A stretch of 64,000 nt of DNA from Antedon mediterranea (Eukaryota; Animalia; Echinodermata): the NCBI RefSeq assembly GCF_964355755.1, contig NC_092670.1:26708795-26772794 (forward strand). The letters run 5' to 3'. Under the pieces are notes generated by a model. That model worked only from the letters and a program-made list of their open reading frames with translations, ran no database searches and had not been told where the DNA came from. This document shows, piece by piece, positions 48,956-59,863 of the stretch; position 1 is the first letter of the stretch, and every line of letters begins with the position of its first letter. The position numbers and the translations under genes were made by a program.

Positions 48956-49819
48956 ATGGAATCGTTGAAATTTAAGCCGCCTCCACCCTTCGATTTTGAT
49001 GGTCCTAGTGTGTCTGCTGCTTGGAAAAGGTGGAAACAGAGATTTACATTCTTTCTGAAAGCGACTGGCAGTGCACGTAAAAGTGGTGAAATAAAGGTAG
49101 CAATTTTAATTACTACGCTGGAAGGGCGTGGCTTAGATATTTACAACAACTTTACGTTCACTGATCTTGTGGGCGAACCGGGTCAGGAAGATTATGTCCC
49201 AGCAGAGGACAATAATGATTTTGATACAGTAATGTCAAAGTATGATGAATACTGTAATAAACGGGACCCGATAATGGCGTTACGAGCGCAATATTGGCAA
49301 TATGAACGACCCGAAGGTCAGGGTTTGGATGAGTTTGTGAATGACTTAAGAACAATGGCGGTGAATTGTAAATTTGTGGATCAAGACGGTACGATTCGTG
49401 ATAAGCTTTTCTTCAGTGTAACAAATCCAGTGATGAAAATGAAAGTTATGGGCGATGATGGCAACGCTACACTTGATACTGTGATACACCGAATGAGAAC
49501 TTTTGAGAGTTCTAGACGCGAGCTTGAAATGGCCGGTGTTGCAAGTGATTATAAGCCGAAGGTTCATGCATTGAGAAGAACCAAATCACATAAACAGACG
49601 CCAAGGGTTAGTGGTCAACATAATCATCAGTTTACGGATGCAGCCAAAATTAAATGTAGCAGGTGCGGTTCTTCACATCTACCTCGTCAGTGTCCAGCTT
49701 ATGGTAAAACATGCTACGGGTGTAAGGGTTTGAATCATTTTCAGTCTGTGTGCACCAAACGTTTTTCCCGAGGACGCGGTCGTGGACGTGGAAGAGCTGT
49801 ACATACAAGGTGTAAGTGA
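48956..49819 (+). CDS. gag: Gypsy Gag with two zinc knuckles
   Basis: WKRWKQRF, CSRCGSSH...CPA, CYGCKGLNHFQSVC. Confidence 0.9.
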   Translation: MESLKFKPPPPFDFDGPSVSAAWKRWKQRFTFFLKATGSARKSGEIKVAILITTLEGRGLDIYNNFTFTDLVGEPGQEDYVPAEDNNDFDTVMSKYDEYCNKRDPIMALRAQYWQYERPEGQGLDEFVNDLRTMAVNCKFVDQDGTIRDKLFFSVTNPVMKMKVMGDDGNATLDTVIHRMRTFESSRRELEMAGVASDYKPKVHALRRTKSHKQTPRVSGQHNHQFTDAAKIKCSRCGSSHLPRQCPAYGKTCYGCKGLNHFQSVCTKRFSRGRGRGRGRAVHTRCK

Positions 49820-52800
49820 TCCTAATGACTTATACATTGACACTTTAGCTGTTAAAGATAAAAATGAGTACTTTTATATTGACACTCTAAGAGATAACGA
49901 TGACAAGAACGCTTGGTTCTATGATGTGTTTGTGGGAGGTAATGTGTTAAAGATGAAGCTTGACACAGGAGCAGGTGTTAACTGCATACCACTGGAAACA
50001 TTTAGAAAGTTACCAGGACATAAGAACATTAAAGTATATCATTCTAAAACTAACCTATATAGTTATAGTGATGAAATTGTAAAACATATTGGTAAAGTTA
50101 CTCTAAATGTAAAAGTTGATAACATCCAAAATGATTATGACTTCTTTATTACTAATGTTGATGGTCCACCTATACTTGGATTGAAAGCCTGTAGGGAGCT
50201 TGGTCTGATCAAACGTGGTAACAATATGATATGTAGTGATAATGTGATAAATAATAAATATGTACATGCGCTAACTAAAGATTCCTTGATTCGAGAGAAT
50301 CGTGATGTATTTACAGGTTTAGGTAAATATCAAGATCCTTATGACATCAAGTTGAAAAGTGGTGTTTCTCCAGTAGTCCATCCACCCCGCAGGGTGCCAC
50401 TTAGTCTGCATACCAAGCTGAAAGAAAAACTTGACGATATGGAGAAGAGGGGCGTGATTAAACGGACCGACAAACCAACAGATTGGGTCAACAGCCTAGT
50501 GATAGTGGAGAAACGAGACGGATCCTTGAGGTTGTGTTTGGATCCACGTGATTTGAACAAAGCCATTAGACGTGAACATCATATGATACCGACCGGTAAG
50601 GACGTAGTGAGTCAGCTGTCAGGTAAAACACTTTTCACTGTCTTTGACCAGAAAGATGCGTACTGGCAAGTTCCTCTTACTGACGCTAGCGCAGATATAT
50701 GTACATTCAATACTCCCTTTGGACGATCCAGTTTTCTAAGAATGCCATTTGGTATCTGCAGTGCTAGTGAGGTGCTACAGAAACGAAACCAGCAAATATT
50801 TGGTCATATACCTAACGTACACATAATATCTGATGATATGATTATAGCTACAGGTAGTGAAGCAGAGCATAATGCAACAGTACAGAGGGTGATGGATACG
50901 GCCAGAGCGAACAATGCCAAATTCAATGGAAGCAAGCTTAAGTATAAACAGTCTGAATTGGTGTTCATGGGAAACGTGGTGAGTGCCGATGGACAGAAAC
51001 CAGACGAAGAAAAGGTTAGAGTTATCAAAGAAATGCCTGACCCACAATGTAAATCTGACTTGCAACGTATAATGGGGATGCTTAATGATCTTTCACAATT
51101 CATACCTAATATGTCCAATGTGAGTGCACCTCTCCGGGAATTGCTCAAGAAAGATGTTGCATGGTTTTGGGGTCCAGAACAAGCAGAATCCCTGAGGCAG
51201 TTAAAGGCGTTGATTAGTAGCAAACCAGTCTTAAGTTTCTTTGATCCACAGAAGCCAACCATTATCCAATGTGATGCATCATCCACAGGGCTCGGAAGCT
51301 GTTTGCTTCAAGAGGGTCATCCGGTTGCGTTTGCCTCTAGGTCGTTAACATCAGCTGAAGTTAATTACTCACAAATTGAGAAGGAGATGTTGGCGATCTG
51401 CTTTTCTATACACAAATACCACCAATATGTATATGGCCGAGCTGTTGAAGTTCACACTGACCATAAACCACTCGAAACAATCACACGTAAACCACTCCAT
51501 AAAGCTAGTCCTAGAATACAACAAATGCTGCTCAAATTGATAAAGTATGAGCTTGATGTTAAGTATGTTCCTGGAAAGTACATGTACATAGCTGATGCTC
51601 TCAGCAGAGCATATCCTGATAAGGTTGATCGTGATGCCCAACCCCTTGAACAGTTGAAATATAGGGTGCATAGTCTAGACGAAATATTGCCCATGAGTAA
51701 AGCAAAAATTGAAGAAGCAATACGAGCTACACAGGCAGATGTGGTACTCCAAACTCTAATTCTAACATGCAAAAGCGGGTGGCCTAAACATAGATGGGGT
51801 GCACCGGAGCAAGTTAGGCAGTATTGGCATCTTCGTGATGAGATACATGAAATTGATGGTCTTGTGTTTTTAGGTGAGAAGTTGATTGTTCCTAGCCAAA
51901 TGAGAGCAGATATGCTGAATAAAATTCATGAAAGTCACCTTGGGATGGAGAAGTGTAAGGCGAGGGCCAGGTCTATTTTGTATTGGCCAGGTATGACCAA
52001 CGATATAGAATCAGTAGTGTCAAGGTGCCCTGTTTGTGTAAAGTTCATGCGTAGAAATCAACGGGAGCCGATGATTCCACATAAGGTTCCTATGAGACCA
52101 TGGGCTAAGCTGGGCGCGGATATATTTACATTCGCTGGCAGAGATCATCTTATTGTAGTTGACTATTTTTCCAAATACCCGGAAGTAGTGACACTCACTA
52201 GCAAAACGGCTGGAGAAATCATCAAAAAATTGAAATCTATATTCTCAAGACATGGCATCCCTGAAATATTAATGACGGATAACATGCCGTTCGCCAGCTA
52301 CGAGTTCAAACAGTTTGCTAACCAGTGGGGGTTCGATTTAGTGACGTCCAGTCCGACATATGCCAGAAGTAATGGGCAAGTTGAACGTTTCGTCCAAACC
52401 ATTAAGCAACTCATGAGGAAGTCCGTTGATGAGGGAAGCGATTTTCATCTTGCTCTACTAGACTATCGTGATTCACCAATTGCAGGGTTGAATTGTTCTC
52501 CTGCTCAGTTGTTGATGAGCAGAAAGTTAAGGTCAACACTTCCAGTCACACATACATTGCTGCAACCACAAGTTATTGTCGGAGCTAGAGATTTCCTTCA
52601 GTCACGTCAACAGTCTATGACAAAATATTATGATCGTGGTACACGTGTATTGACGAAACTAAGAAAAGGGGACAACGTGAGAATATTGAAAGGACGGCAA
52701 TGGGAACCTGCTGTTGTGGCTAAGGAACATGAGCTACCCCGTTCCTATGTAGTGATGACCGAAGATGGAACGTCGTACAGACGGAATAGACAACATTTAT

Positions 52801-52925
52801 TAAACACTCAACAACCGGATACTTTGCAGAAGGGCGTACCAACTTTGCAGAAGGTACCGGAAGCACCACCCTTACGTAGAAGTGATCGTGTTAGTCGTCC
52901 ACCGGATCGATTGGAATATAAATAA
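49782..52925 (+). CDS. pol: Gypsy Pol (PR-RT-RNase H-IN)
   Basis: LDTGA protease, RLCLDPRDLN, ISDD, CDAS/EKE/TDHKPL RNase H, HHCC, D..D..E integrase; 1047 aa open. Confidence 0.93.
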   Translation: MDVEELYIQGVSDPNDLYIDTLAVKDKNEYFYIDTLRDNDDKNAWFYDVFVGGNVLKMKLDTGAGVNCIPLETFRKLPGHKNIKVYHSKTNLYSYSDEIVKHIGKVTLNVKVDNIQNDYDFFITNVDGPPILGLKACRELGLIKRGNNMICSDNVINNKYVHALTKDSLIRENRDVFTGLGKYQDPYDIKLKSGVSPVVHPPRRVPLSLHTKLKEKLDDMEKRGVIKRTDKPTDWVNSLVIVEKRDGSLRLCLDPRDLNKAIRREHHMIPTGKDVVSQLSGKTLFTVFDQKDAYWQVPLTDASADICTFNTPFGRSSFLRMPFGICSASEVLQKRNQQIFGHIPNVHIISDDMIIATGSEAEHNATVQRVMDTARANNAKFNGSKLKYKQSELVFMGNVVSADGQKPDEEKVRVIKEMPDPQCKSDLQRIMGMLNDLSQFIPNMSNVSAPLRELLKKDVAWFWGPEQAESLRQLKALISSKPVLSFFDPQKPTIIQCDASSTGLGSCLLQEGHPVAFASRSLTSAEVNYSQIEKEMLAICFSIHKYHQYVYGRAVEVHTDHKPLETITRKPLHKASPRIQQMLLKLIKYELDVKYVPGKYMYIADALSRAYPDKVDRDAQPLEQLKYRVHSLDEILPMSKAKIEEAIRATQADVVLQTLILTCKSGWPKHRWGAPEQVRQYWHLRDEIHEIDGLVFLGEKLIVPSQMRADMLNKIHESHLGMEKCKARARSILYWPGMTNDIESVVSRCPVCVKFMRRNQREPMIPHKVPMRPWAKLGADIFTFAGRDHLIVVDYFSKYPEVVTLTSKTAGEIIKKLKSIFSRHGIPEILMTDNMPFASYEFKQFANQWGFDLVTSSPTYARSNGQVERFVQTIKQLMRKSVDEGSDFHLALLDYRDSPIAGLNCSPAQLLMSRKLRSTLPVTHTLLQPQVIVGARDFLQSRQQSMTKYYDRGTRVLTKLRKGDNVRILKGRQWEPAVVAKEHELPRSYVVMTEDGTSYRRNRQHLLNTQQPDTLQKGVPTLQKVPEAPPLRRSDRVSRPPDRLEYK

Positions 52926-52998
52926 ATGTATCAATAATTAACTTCATTTTATGTTTATTTTGCAGATATCATGTTTATTTTCAAACCATCCTATAATG

Positions 52999-53107
52999 TA
53001 AGAAACAATTTGAAACATATGAATGTGATCTAAGAAACAATTTGAAACATATGAATGTGATCTAAGAAACAATTTGAAACATATGAATGTGATCTAAGAA
53101 ACAATTT
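52999..53107 (+). repeat. 32-bp tandem repeat (about 3.4 copies) in the Gypsy 3' UTR
   Basis: TAAGAAACAATTTGAAACATATGAATGTGATC repeated. Confidence 0.9.
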
Positions 53108-53378
53108 ATGTTTAAGGAAAAGTAATATTATTTATTTATGAGAATGTGATATATCGTGTCTAATTTACTTTTGATATTAATTTTTAAAAAAAATAAAAAT
53201 TAAACTTTAGAAATTTATTTTGTTAGAAAAGGAAAGATGTCACATATGTTCTGTTAATATGCTAATTATATTTGTTTGTTATTTGCAAATTATGCAAACT
53301 ACGTTACGCTCGGTGAAGTAATAAAACAGTAGTTGAATTAAAAGAACCGTGTTGACGAGTCACACTTGTAATACCATG

Positions 53379-55140
53379 GACATCAAATTTTATGAAGAGG
53401 AGTCCTTAAGACAGCTAAACAATCCTCTTCATTATCGTAAACTTACAACGGATCCCACCCCGGAAATTGCGGATAAGGTGGCCAAATCTGTTTCTGTGAT
53501 TGTAAAAAAACACTCCATCGATCCTAAGATTGGACCTCATTTAGCACAGGTCAATCCAGTTCCAGGCAGATTTTATTTCCTACCTAAAATCCACAAAGCA
53601 GGCAATCCTGGTAGACCCATTATTTCGGGTAATGGCACTGCTACAGAGAAAATTTCTGAATATGTGGATGATTTACTAAGACCATATGTGACTGATCTCC
53701 CTTCATACATTCAGGACTCCACGGAATTTATCCGCAAAATTAACCAAATTCAAAATTTACCTAATAATTCTGTTCTGGCTACATTAGATGTTTCATCATT
53801 GTATACTAATATCCCTCACGAAGAAGGAGCCGACGCATGTATTTTAAATTACATACAAATTCCAGGCAAAACGCCTACTAAAGCTCATTTACGAGAACTG
53901 GTCATGTTGATTTTAACCAACAACAATTTTATTTTTGGAAATGACCATTACCTTCAAATTCATGGCACAGCGATGGGCACAAAAATGGCGCCATCTTTTG
54001 CAAATTTATTTATGGGAAAATTTGAGGCCAATTTTCTGTCCCTCCAACCAAATAAACCACTTGTTTGGTTTAGATACATTGACGACATCTTCATGATCTG
54101 GACCCATGGTGAAGATAATTTGGAATCTTTTCTTCTCAATATTAATTCAGCCCACCCAACTATCAAATTTACAGCTACCAAATCCACTAGTAGCGTTGAT
54201 TTTTTGGACACTATAGTGACCATAGAAAATGGTACACTCAAAACTGACCTATTCCGTAAACCCACGGATAAAAATATGTACCTGCTCCCTAGCAGTTGTC
54301 ACCCCCGACACTGTACTAAAAACATACCGTACAGTCAAGCATTACGTATCAGACGTATCTGTTCTTCAGATTTAGATTTTCAGAATCGTACCGAAGAACT
54401 AACCGGACATCTCTGGAATAGAAATTACAAGAAGGAATACATCGAAACTGCTATAAAGAAAGCAAAAGATATTCCTCGATGTCAAACACTGACGTACAAA
54501 CCACGTCAGCCAAAAAAAATGACCAGAGTGCCATTGGTCACAACCTACCACCCTAGGTTGCCTCCATTACGGGCTATTATTGAGAAACATATGCCCATTC
54601 TACAGTCCACAGAACGTCTCAGGACTGTTTTTCCGGAACCACCCATTATTGCATTTCGTAGACCTCCCAACCTTCGTGATATATTAGTCAGATCCAAATT
54701 TAAGGGTGAAATTAACTCATGACAGCCAAAATTTGGGCAGTCACCTTTGCGGCAAATCTTGCAAAACTTGTTCATTGGTTGATTCTACTGAAAAATTTGA
54801 GAGTAACCAAACTGGCCGCATTTTTCGGATAAGACAATCAATTAATTGTCTAACCAAAAACGTCATTTATCTCATATACTGTACTATTTGTGGCAAACAG
54901 TACGTCGGAGAAACAAAAAACACTCTCCGTATGAGAATGACACAACATAGATCAGCTATCAAAACATTAAAGCTTGATCAACCTGTAGCCGAACATTTTA
55001 ATTCAGCTGGTCACTCGATTGCAAATTTCAGAGTTATTGCAATAGACCACAATGTCAAATGGAGCGACAAAACTCGCAAAGACAAAGAAAACCACTGGGA
55101 ATTACTACTTAAAACCAAAAAAACCTTTTGGACTTAACAT
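53379..55140 (+). pseudogene. Penelope RT and GIY-YIG endonuclease (frameshift near 54715)
   Basis: ORFs 53349-54722 and 54706-55137. Confidence 0.88.
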
Positions 55141-55389
55141 TAGGAACATACTCCCAGATCGGTAAAATTATTCCATTGACTACCAAAATTTAAGTTTCAA
55201 TATTAACCACCATTTAAGCTGTTTTTTAGTCTCATTCCAAAATTGTTTATATCTCTACCAAGCTACCTTCTTTGTTTTCCACTCTTATTCAGACTCCACC
55301 CTGGCTCCCTTTGTTATATTTCTTTTATTCATGTCCACCCAGGCAGCACTTGCCAGCTTTTTACTATGACGTTATCCAAATTCCTTCAC

Positions 55390-55430
55390 TTGCACTGATG
55401 AAGGGCTAGTGTTGCCCGAAAGCTCTGCTA
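55390..55430 (+). ncRNA. Minimal type I hammerhead ribozyme in the Penelope 3' UTR
   Basis: GCA-CTGATGA-A-GGGC(tagtgtt)GCCC-GAAA-GCTC-TGC: intact core, helix II, short palindromic helix III. Confidence 0.75.
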
Positions 55431-55674
55431 ACTTTTCTGGCTGTTTACTTTATCGTTTTGATTTAGCTTTTCGCTTTTTATTTTTGTATCTCCATTGAGA
55501 TCCAGCCACTGATACCCACAGCATTGTTATTTTTCTCAGTAATTTGCCTTTGGATTTATAGTATATACTATATATACATTATATAGTATAGATAAAGATT
55601 GCAATAATAAACAACAACTAATATTTTGTGTAAACATAAATAGTATATGATTATAAATAATGATAATAAGCATA

Positions 55675-58600
55675 TTAACTAAGCATATAATATTTAGATA
55701 TATAATGATTCTTTAACTTTTTTCGGAAAGTAAATAATGATATTGACGTTTTGATATTTGGCGGGATATGATTCCACAAATTAGGACCTGATATAGTTAT
55801 AAAAAATTTAGTTTTAGTAAGTCTAGCAAAAGGAATGTTTAAATGAGAAGTTCTTAAAATTGTAATTGTAAAATTTGGTACGTTTACAGAGCATATCAAA
55901 CATAGAAATAGGAAGTTGGTTTTTAAAATAATTAAACATAAAACTGGCAACTTGAACATTGTGGATATCCGTTAATTTTAATATACCAAGACGTTTAAAA
56001 AGGGGTTCAGATGAGGTTCTATATGGTGAAAAAGTAATAATTCTTGCTGCACGTTTTGTAATTTAGTTAATCTGCAGCCCAAATAATGTTACAATACTGG
56101 AAATAAGGAAGTACAAGTGTGTTATAAAGAGAAATTAAAATATTTAGAGGGAAGAAGTGCTTAAGTCTGTTAATAATACTAATAGATCTTGATATTTTTT
56201 TCGAAACGTAATTTTGATGACTGGTCCATTTGAGGTTTTCATGAATATATACACCTAAAAAAAGTGTTTCAGTTTTGCGTTCAATTTGAATTCCGTCAAG
56301 AAGTATATTTAGGTTATCAACTTTTAGTTTACGTTGAGAATTGTGAAAAATTTAATAATTTGTTTTAAGAGTATTAATAAGTAATTTGTTTGAAATAAAC
56401 CAGTCACAAAATTTTGTTAATTCATCATTGAATGTAGTAAATAATAAATCAATATTGGAATTAGAGTAAAATAAGGTGGTGTCGTCGGCGAAACGTAATT
56501 TTGATGACTGGTCCATTTGAGGTTTTCATGAATATATACACCTAAAAAAAGTGTTTCAGTTTTGCGTTCAATTCGAACGCAAATGCATTTTGTTACTGAC
56601 ATTAGCCATCATTAACATACATAAGGAAGAGCAATGGCCCAAGCACAGATCCCTGTGGCACTCCGCAAGTAATATCCATCGTCGACGATGTACAAGATCC
56701 TCATGCAACATATTGTTTTCTATCTTTCAAATAACTATTAAACCAATTCAATGAAATACCTCTAATTCCATAGCACTCAAGTTTTTTAATTAAATTATCG
56801 TGATTAATAACATCGAAGGCCTTTGAAAGATCAATAAATAAACTTAATAAATTTTCTTTTGATTCAAATGAATTTGTAATATTATTAATAAGATCTAAAA
56901 CGGCATGGGATGTAGAGTGATTTTTTCGAAAACCATATTGGCGTTTATTAAGTATATCAAATTTTGTGAGATAATCAGAAAGTTTAGAATACATGAGTTT
57001 TTCAATAATTTTGGAAAAGACTGAAAGTAGTGATATTGGCCGGTAATTAGATAATTGACTTCGTTCACCTTTCTTGAAAATGGGCACAACTTTAACTAGT
57101 TTTAAGTGTGTTGGAAAAGTGCCAGATAAAAAAGATGAATTTATACAATGGGTAAGTTGGTGGATGATTAAGGGAGATACAGATTTTAAGACACGAGCAG
57201 TAATACCGTCAGATCCAGACCCTTTATTAGAATTTAGATTGTATATAGTTAGGTTAACATCATCAATTGAAACTGGGCTAATATAAAATGAGTTGGCAAA
57301 CGCAGAATGAAGATAAGATGGATCAGTTATATTAGTTGGCATACTATTAATAAGATTAGGACCAATTGTAGAAAAATAGTTGTTAAACGATTCACATATC
57401 TCTTTTTGAGTTTTGTAAATATTATCACCGTCTTTAATTAGATTCGGGTGCTTATTATTATTACCTTTATTTAAAACAGAATTTATTACAAGCCATGTGT
57501 TCTTCAGATTACCTTTATATCTATCAAACTGGGAAGTATAATAATTCTTTTTAGCAGTGCGACAAAGATTAGTGAAAATATTATTATATTTTGTATAGTT
57601 TAGTTTGTCATTATTACTACGTGTGTGCATATATTTGTTATAAAGTTTATGTTTCCGTGAACTACATTTTAAGAGAGCAGATGACATCCATGGTTGTTTA
57701 AACGTTTTATTTGATTTTATACTACTTTTAACCAAGTGTCTGGAGTGGATATTTGTAAATTTTTCAATAAATATATCAAAACTCAATCTTGGGTCACAAT
57801 CAAATATCATAGACCAGTCTTCACCTTCTAAATCAATCGATAAGGCATTTAGGTCGTTTATACGAAATGAATAGTTGGCGCTATTATCATCAAGGTTTTG
57901 ATCATTATTTTCTTGATCAATGAACTGAAATATAGGAAGGTGGTCGGAGATATCATTAAGTAAAACACCAGCAACTATTTTATAGTTAGATTGTTTGGAA
58001 TAAAAATGATCAATCAAGGTGGCCGAAGTTGAGGTAATCCTAGTTGGTTTTGAAATAGTTGGAAAAAAAGAATGGGAAATTAAAGTATTTAGGTAGGTGT
58101 TTGTTAATTTATGGTTATGGAATTTTAATAAATCAATATTGAAGTCTCCCATGAGATGACAATTTTTGTTTTCATTGTTAATTTGGGTTAATACATTATC
58201 GACGGATTTAGTAAAAGAATCTAGCCCTCCACAGGGGGCTCTGTAAATAATGCCTATAATATAATTTGTTGTCTTTGAATTTTCAATCTCAACAAAAAGT
58301 GATTCGGAAAGGTCGTCTGGTAATTTTAAGTCATTTCGAATTGTAATGCTAATATCATTACGTATAAAAAATGCAACTCCTCCGCCAATTTGATTATTGC
58401 TTCTATTGCTTGCAAAGAAGGAGTAGTTATTAATGAAAGGAATAGGGGAGTTTTTATTAAGCCATGTTTCACTGATACCGATTATGGAAAATTTGTTATT
58501 AATTGAATTCAAAAGGCATTCGAGATCATTAACTTTATGCGTAATACTTCTAATATTAAGATGCAGGAGAGATAGTTTAGTATTAAAGGATGTATTAAAC

Positions 58601-58827
58601 TTAGAATTAAATTGTGAATAATCATAAAAGCTGCATTCATCTAGGGTAACTGTCTGTGAATTGAGATTATTAATTAGTTGATCAAAAGATTCATCATATT
58701 TGTCATTTTCATTGTAATTAACTGGATTAAAGGTTATGTTAGAAATATCATTGTTGTTAGTAAGTTCATAGTTCACATTAAAGTCATAAAAAGGAAGTAA
58801 GTGAAGATAATTAACATTCATTAACAA
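55675..58827 (-). pseudogene. LINE ORF2p APE + RT; 708 aa open, then frameshifts and rearrangement
   Basis: [56 protein letters not shown]. Confidence 0.9.
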
Positions 58828-59014
58828 TAGCTGCGTATAACGTTATCTAAAAAAGAAATACAGCAATAAGCATGCATGAGACTGTATGTATACATTAATA
58901 CATAATTAATGAGAAGCAAAATAAACAATTCTTGAAATAAAAATTTATTATAGGTAATATTTTGGTTGAAGGTAAGTAGAGTCAAAGTAAAGTTAATTAT
59001 TGCGACGACTAGAA

Positions 59015-59863
59015 TTACTCAGTAGCTACGGGGGCATGTGCTTCCTTGAGGTTCGGGTAGTATTTGGCAAGATGATCCATGTCAATGAATGTGCGAACAT
59101 AACCATTTGCATCTATGTAACGCAACTTGTCAAGGTGGAGCCAAGCCTTTACTTTGTTGGAATGCAGGTATTTCATCGATGAGTATAAGGCCTTTCTTCT
59201 ACTTATCACTCTGCTGGTAAAATCATCATTTACGTAGATGTTATTATCTTTAAATTTAGGTCTCACTTTTGGAGCTGCCTTGCGTACTCTTTCTTTAGTG
59301 GAATATCTGAGAAAGTATGCAACAAGTGGTCTCGGTTTATCCCTGGTGGTATTCCGTGGTCCAACTCGATGGGCTCGTTGTATATCATCATTAGCGATTT
59401 TGATGCCGGTGGTATTGGAAATAAATGAGGAAAGGAAATTAACAGTACCTTCGCTATCCTCCGCTTGTTCGGGTATGCCAGTAAACCTCAGATTGTTACG
59501 GCGTTGACGTCCTTCTAGGTTGTCGATTTTGTCGCGTATCTCTTCTATGCATTCCGTAGTGGATTGCTGCGTATCCTCGGCAATATCCTTCAGCTTAACA
59601 TCCATGAAATCAGAATTTTCCTGCATATCGGCGTGCAAATTCCTCAGTTCTTTTTGTAAACCGGTGATTTCAAGATTGAGGATGGTAATGTCTTTTTCCA
59701 AGGAGACAATCTTGGTGACTGCGTCGCATAATGTTGATTTAATATCAGCAATGGTTTTGCAGCCCATGATTGACTTGATGAGAGTCGACAGCCAGGTGTT
59801 CGGTTCAACGGCGCTAATATTTAAATTAGAAATATTTGGCTCATTGTTTTCCACGTTGGCCAT
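59015..59863 (-). CDS. LINE ORF1p (coiled coil + L1-type RRM/CTD)
   Basis: RRNNLRFTGIPE, IQRAHRVG, RPLVAYF, IYVNDDF; 282 aa open. Confidence 0.88.
   Translation of the reverse strand: MANVENNEPNISNLNISAVEPNTWLSTLIKSIMGCKTIADIKSTLCDAVTKIVSLEKDITILNLEITGLQKELRNLHADMQENSDFMDVKLKDIAEDTQQSTTECIEEIRDKIDNLEGRQRRNNLRFTGIPEQAEDSEGTVNFLSSFISNTTGIKIANDDIQRAHRVGPRNTTRDKPRPLVAYFLRYSTKERVRKAAPKVRPKFKDNNIYVNDDFTSRVISRRKALYSSMKYLHSNKVKAWLHLDKLRYIDANGYVRTFIDMDHLAKYYPNLKEAHAPVATE

Larger units (their letters stand above)
48790..53373 (+). mobile_element. Full-length Ty3/Gypsy LTR retrotransposon (Mag-clade-like), 4584 bp
   Basis: 136-bp LTRs at 48790-48925 and 53238-53373 identical by eye; TSD CCATG; PBS TGGTGTCAGAA (tRNA-Leu-like); PPT AGAAAAGGAAAGA. 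Confidence 0.95.
48591..55556 (+). mobile_element. 5'-truncated Penelope-like element (Neptune-like; RT + GIY-YIG) interrupted by Gypsy
   Basis: WNPP..IIIKPADKGSATVAM|DIKFY rejoined across the LTR element; LPKIHK, RPIIS, DVSSLYTNIP, GTAMG, RYIDD; CxxxCxxC linker and VIYLIYC..C.KQYVGET; 18-bp duplication TATAGTATATACTATATA on both sides. Confidence 0.88.

Noticed and set aside
50339-51772. Antisense ORFs within Gypsy pol
   Set aside because: Expected shadow ORFs opposite a long coding frame; no independent motifs.
53349-53378. N-terminus MLTSHTCNTM of the 457-aa ORF
   Set aside because: Derived from the Gypsy 3' LTR and TSD; the true upstream Penelope sequence is at 48592-48789.
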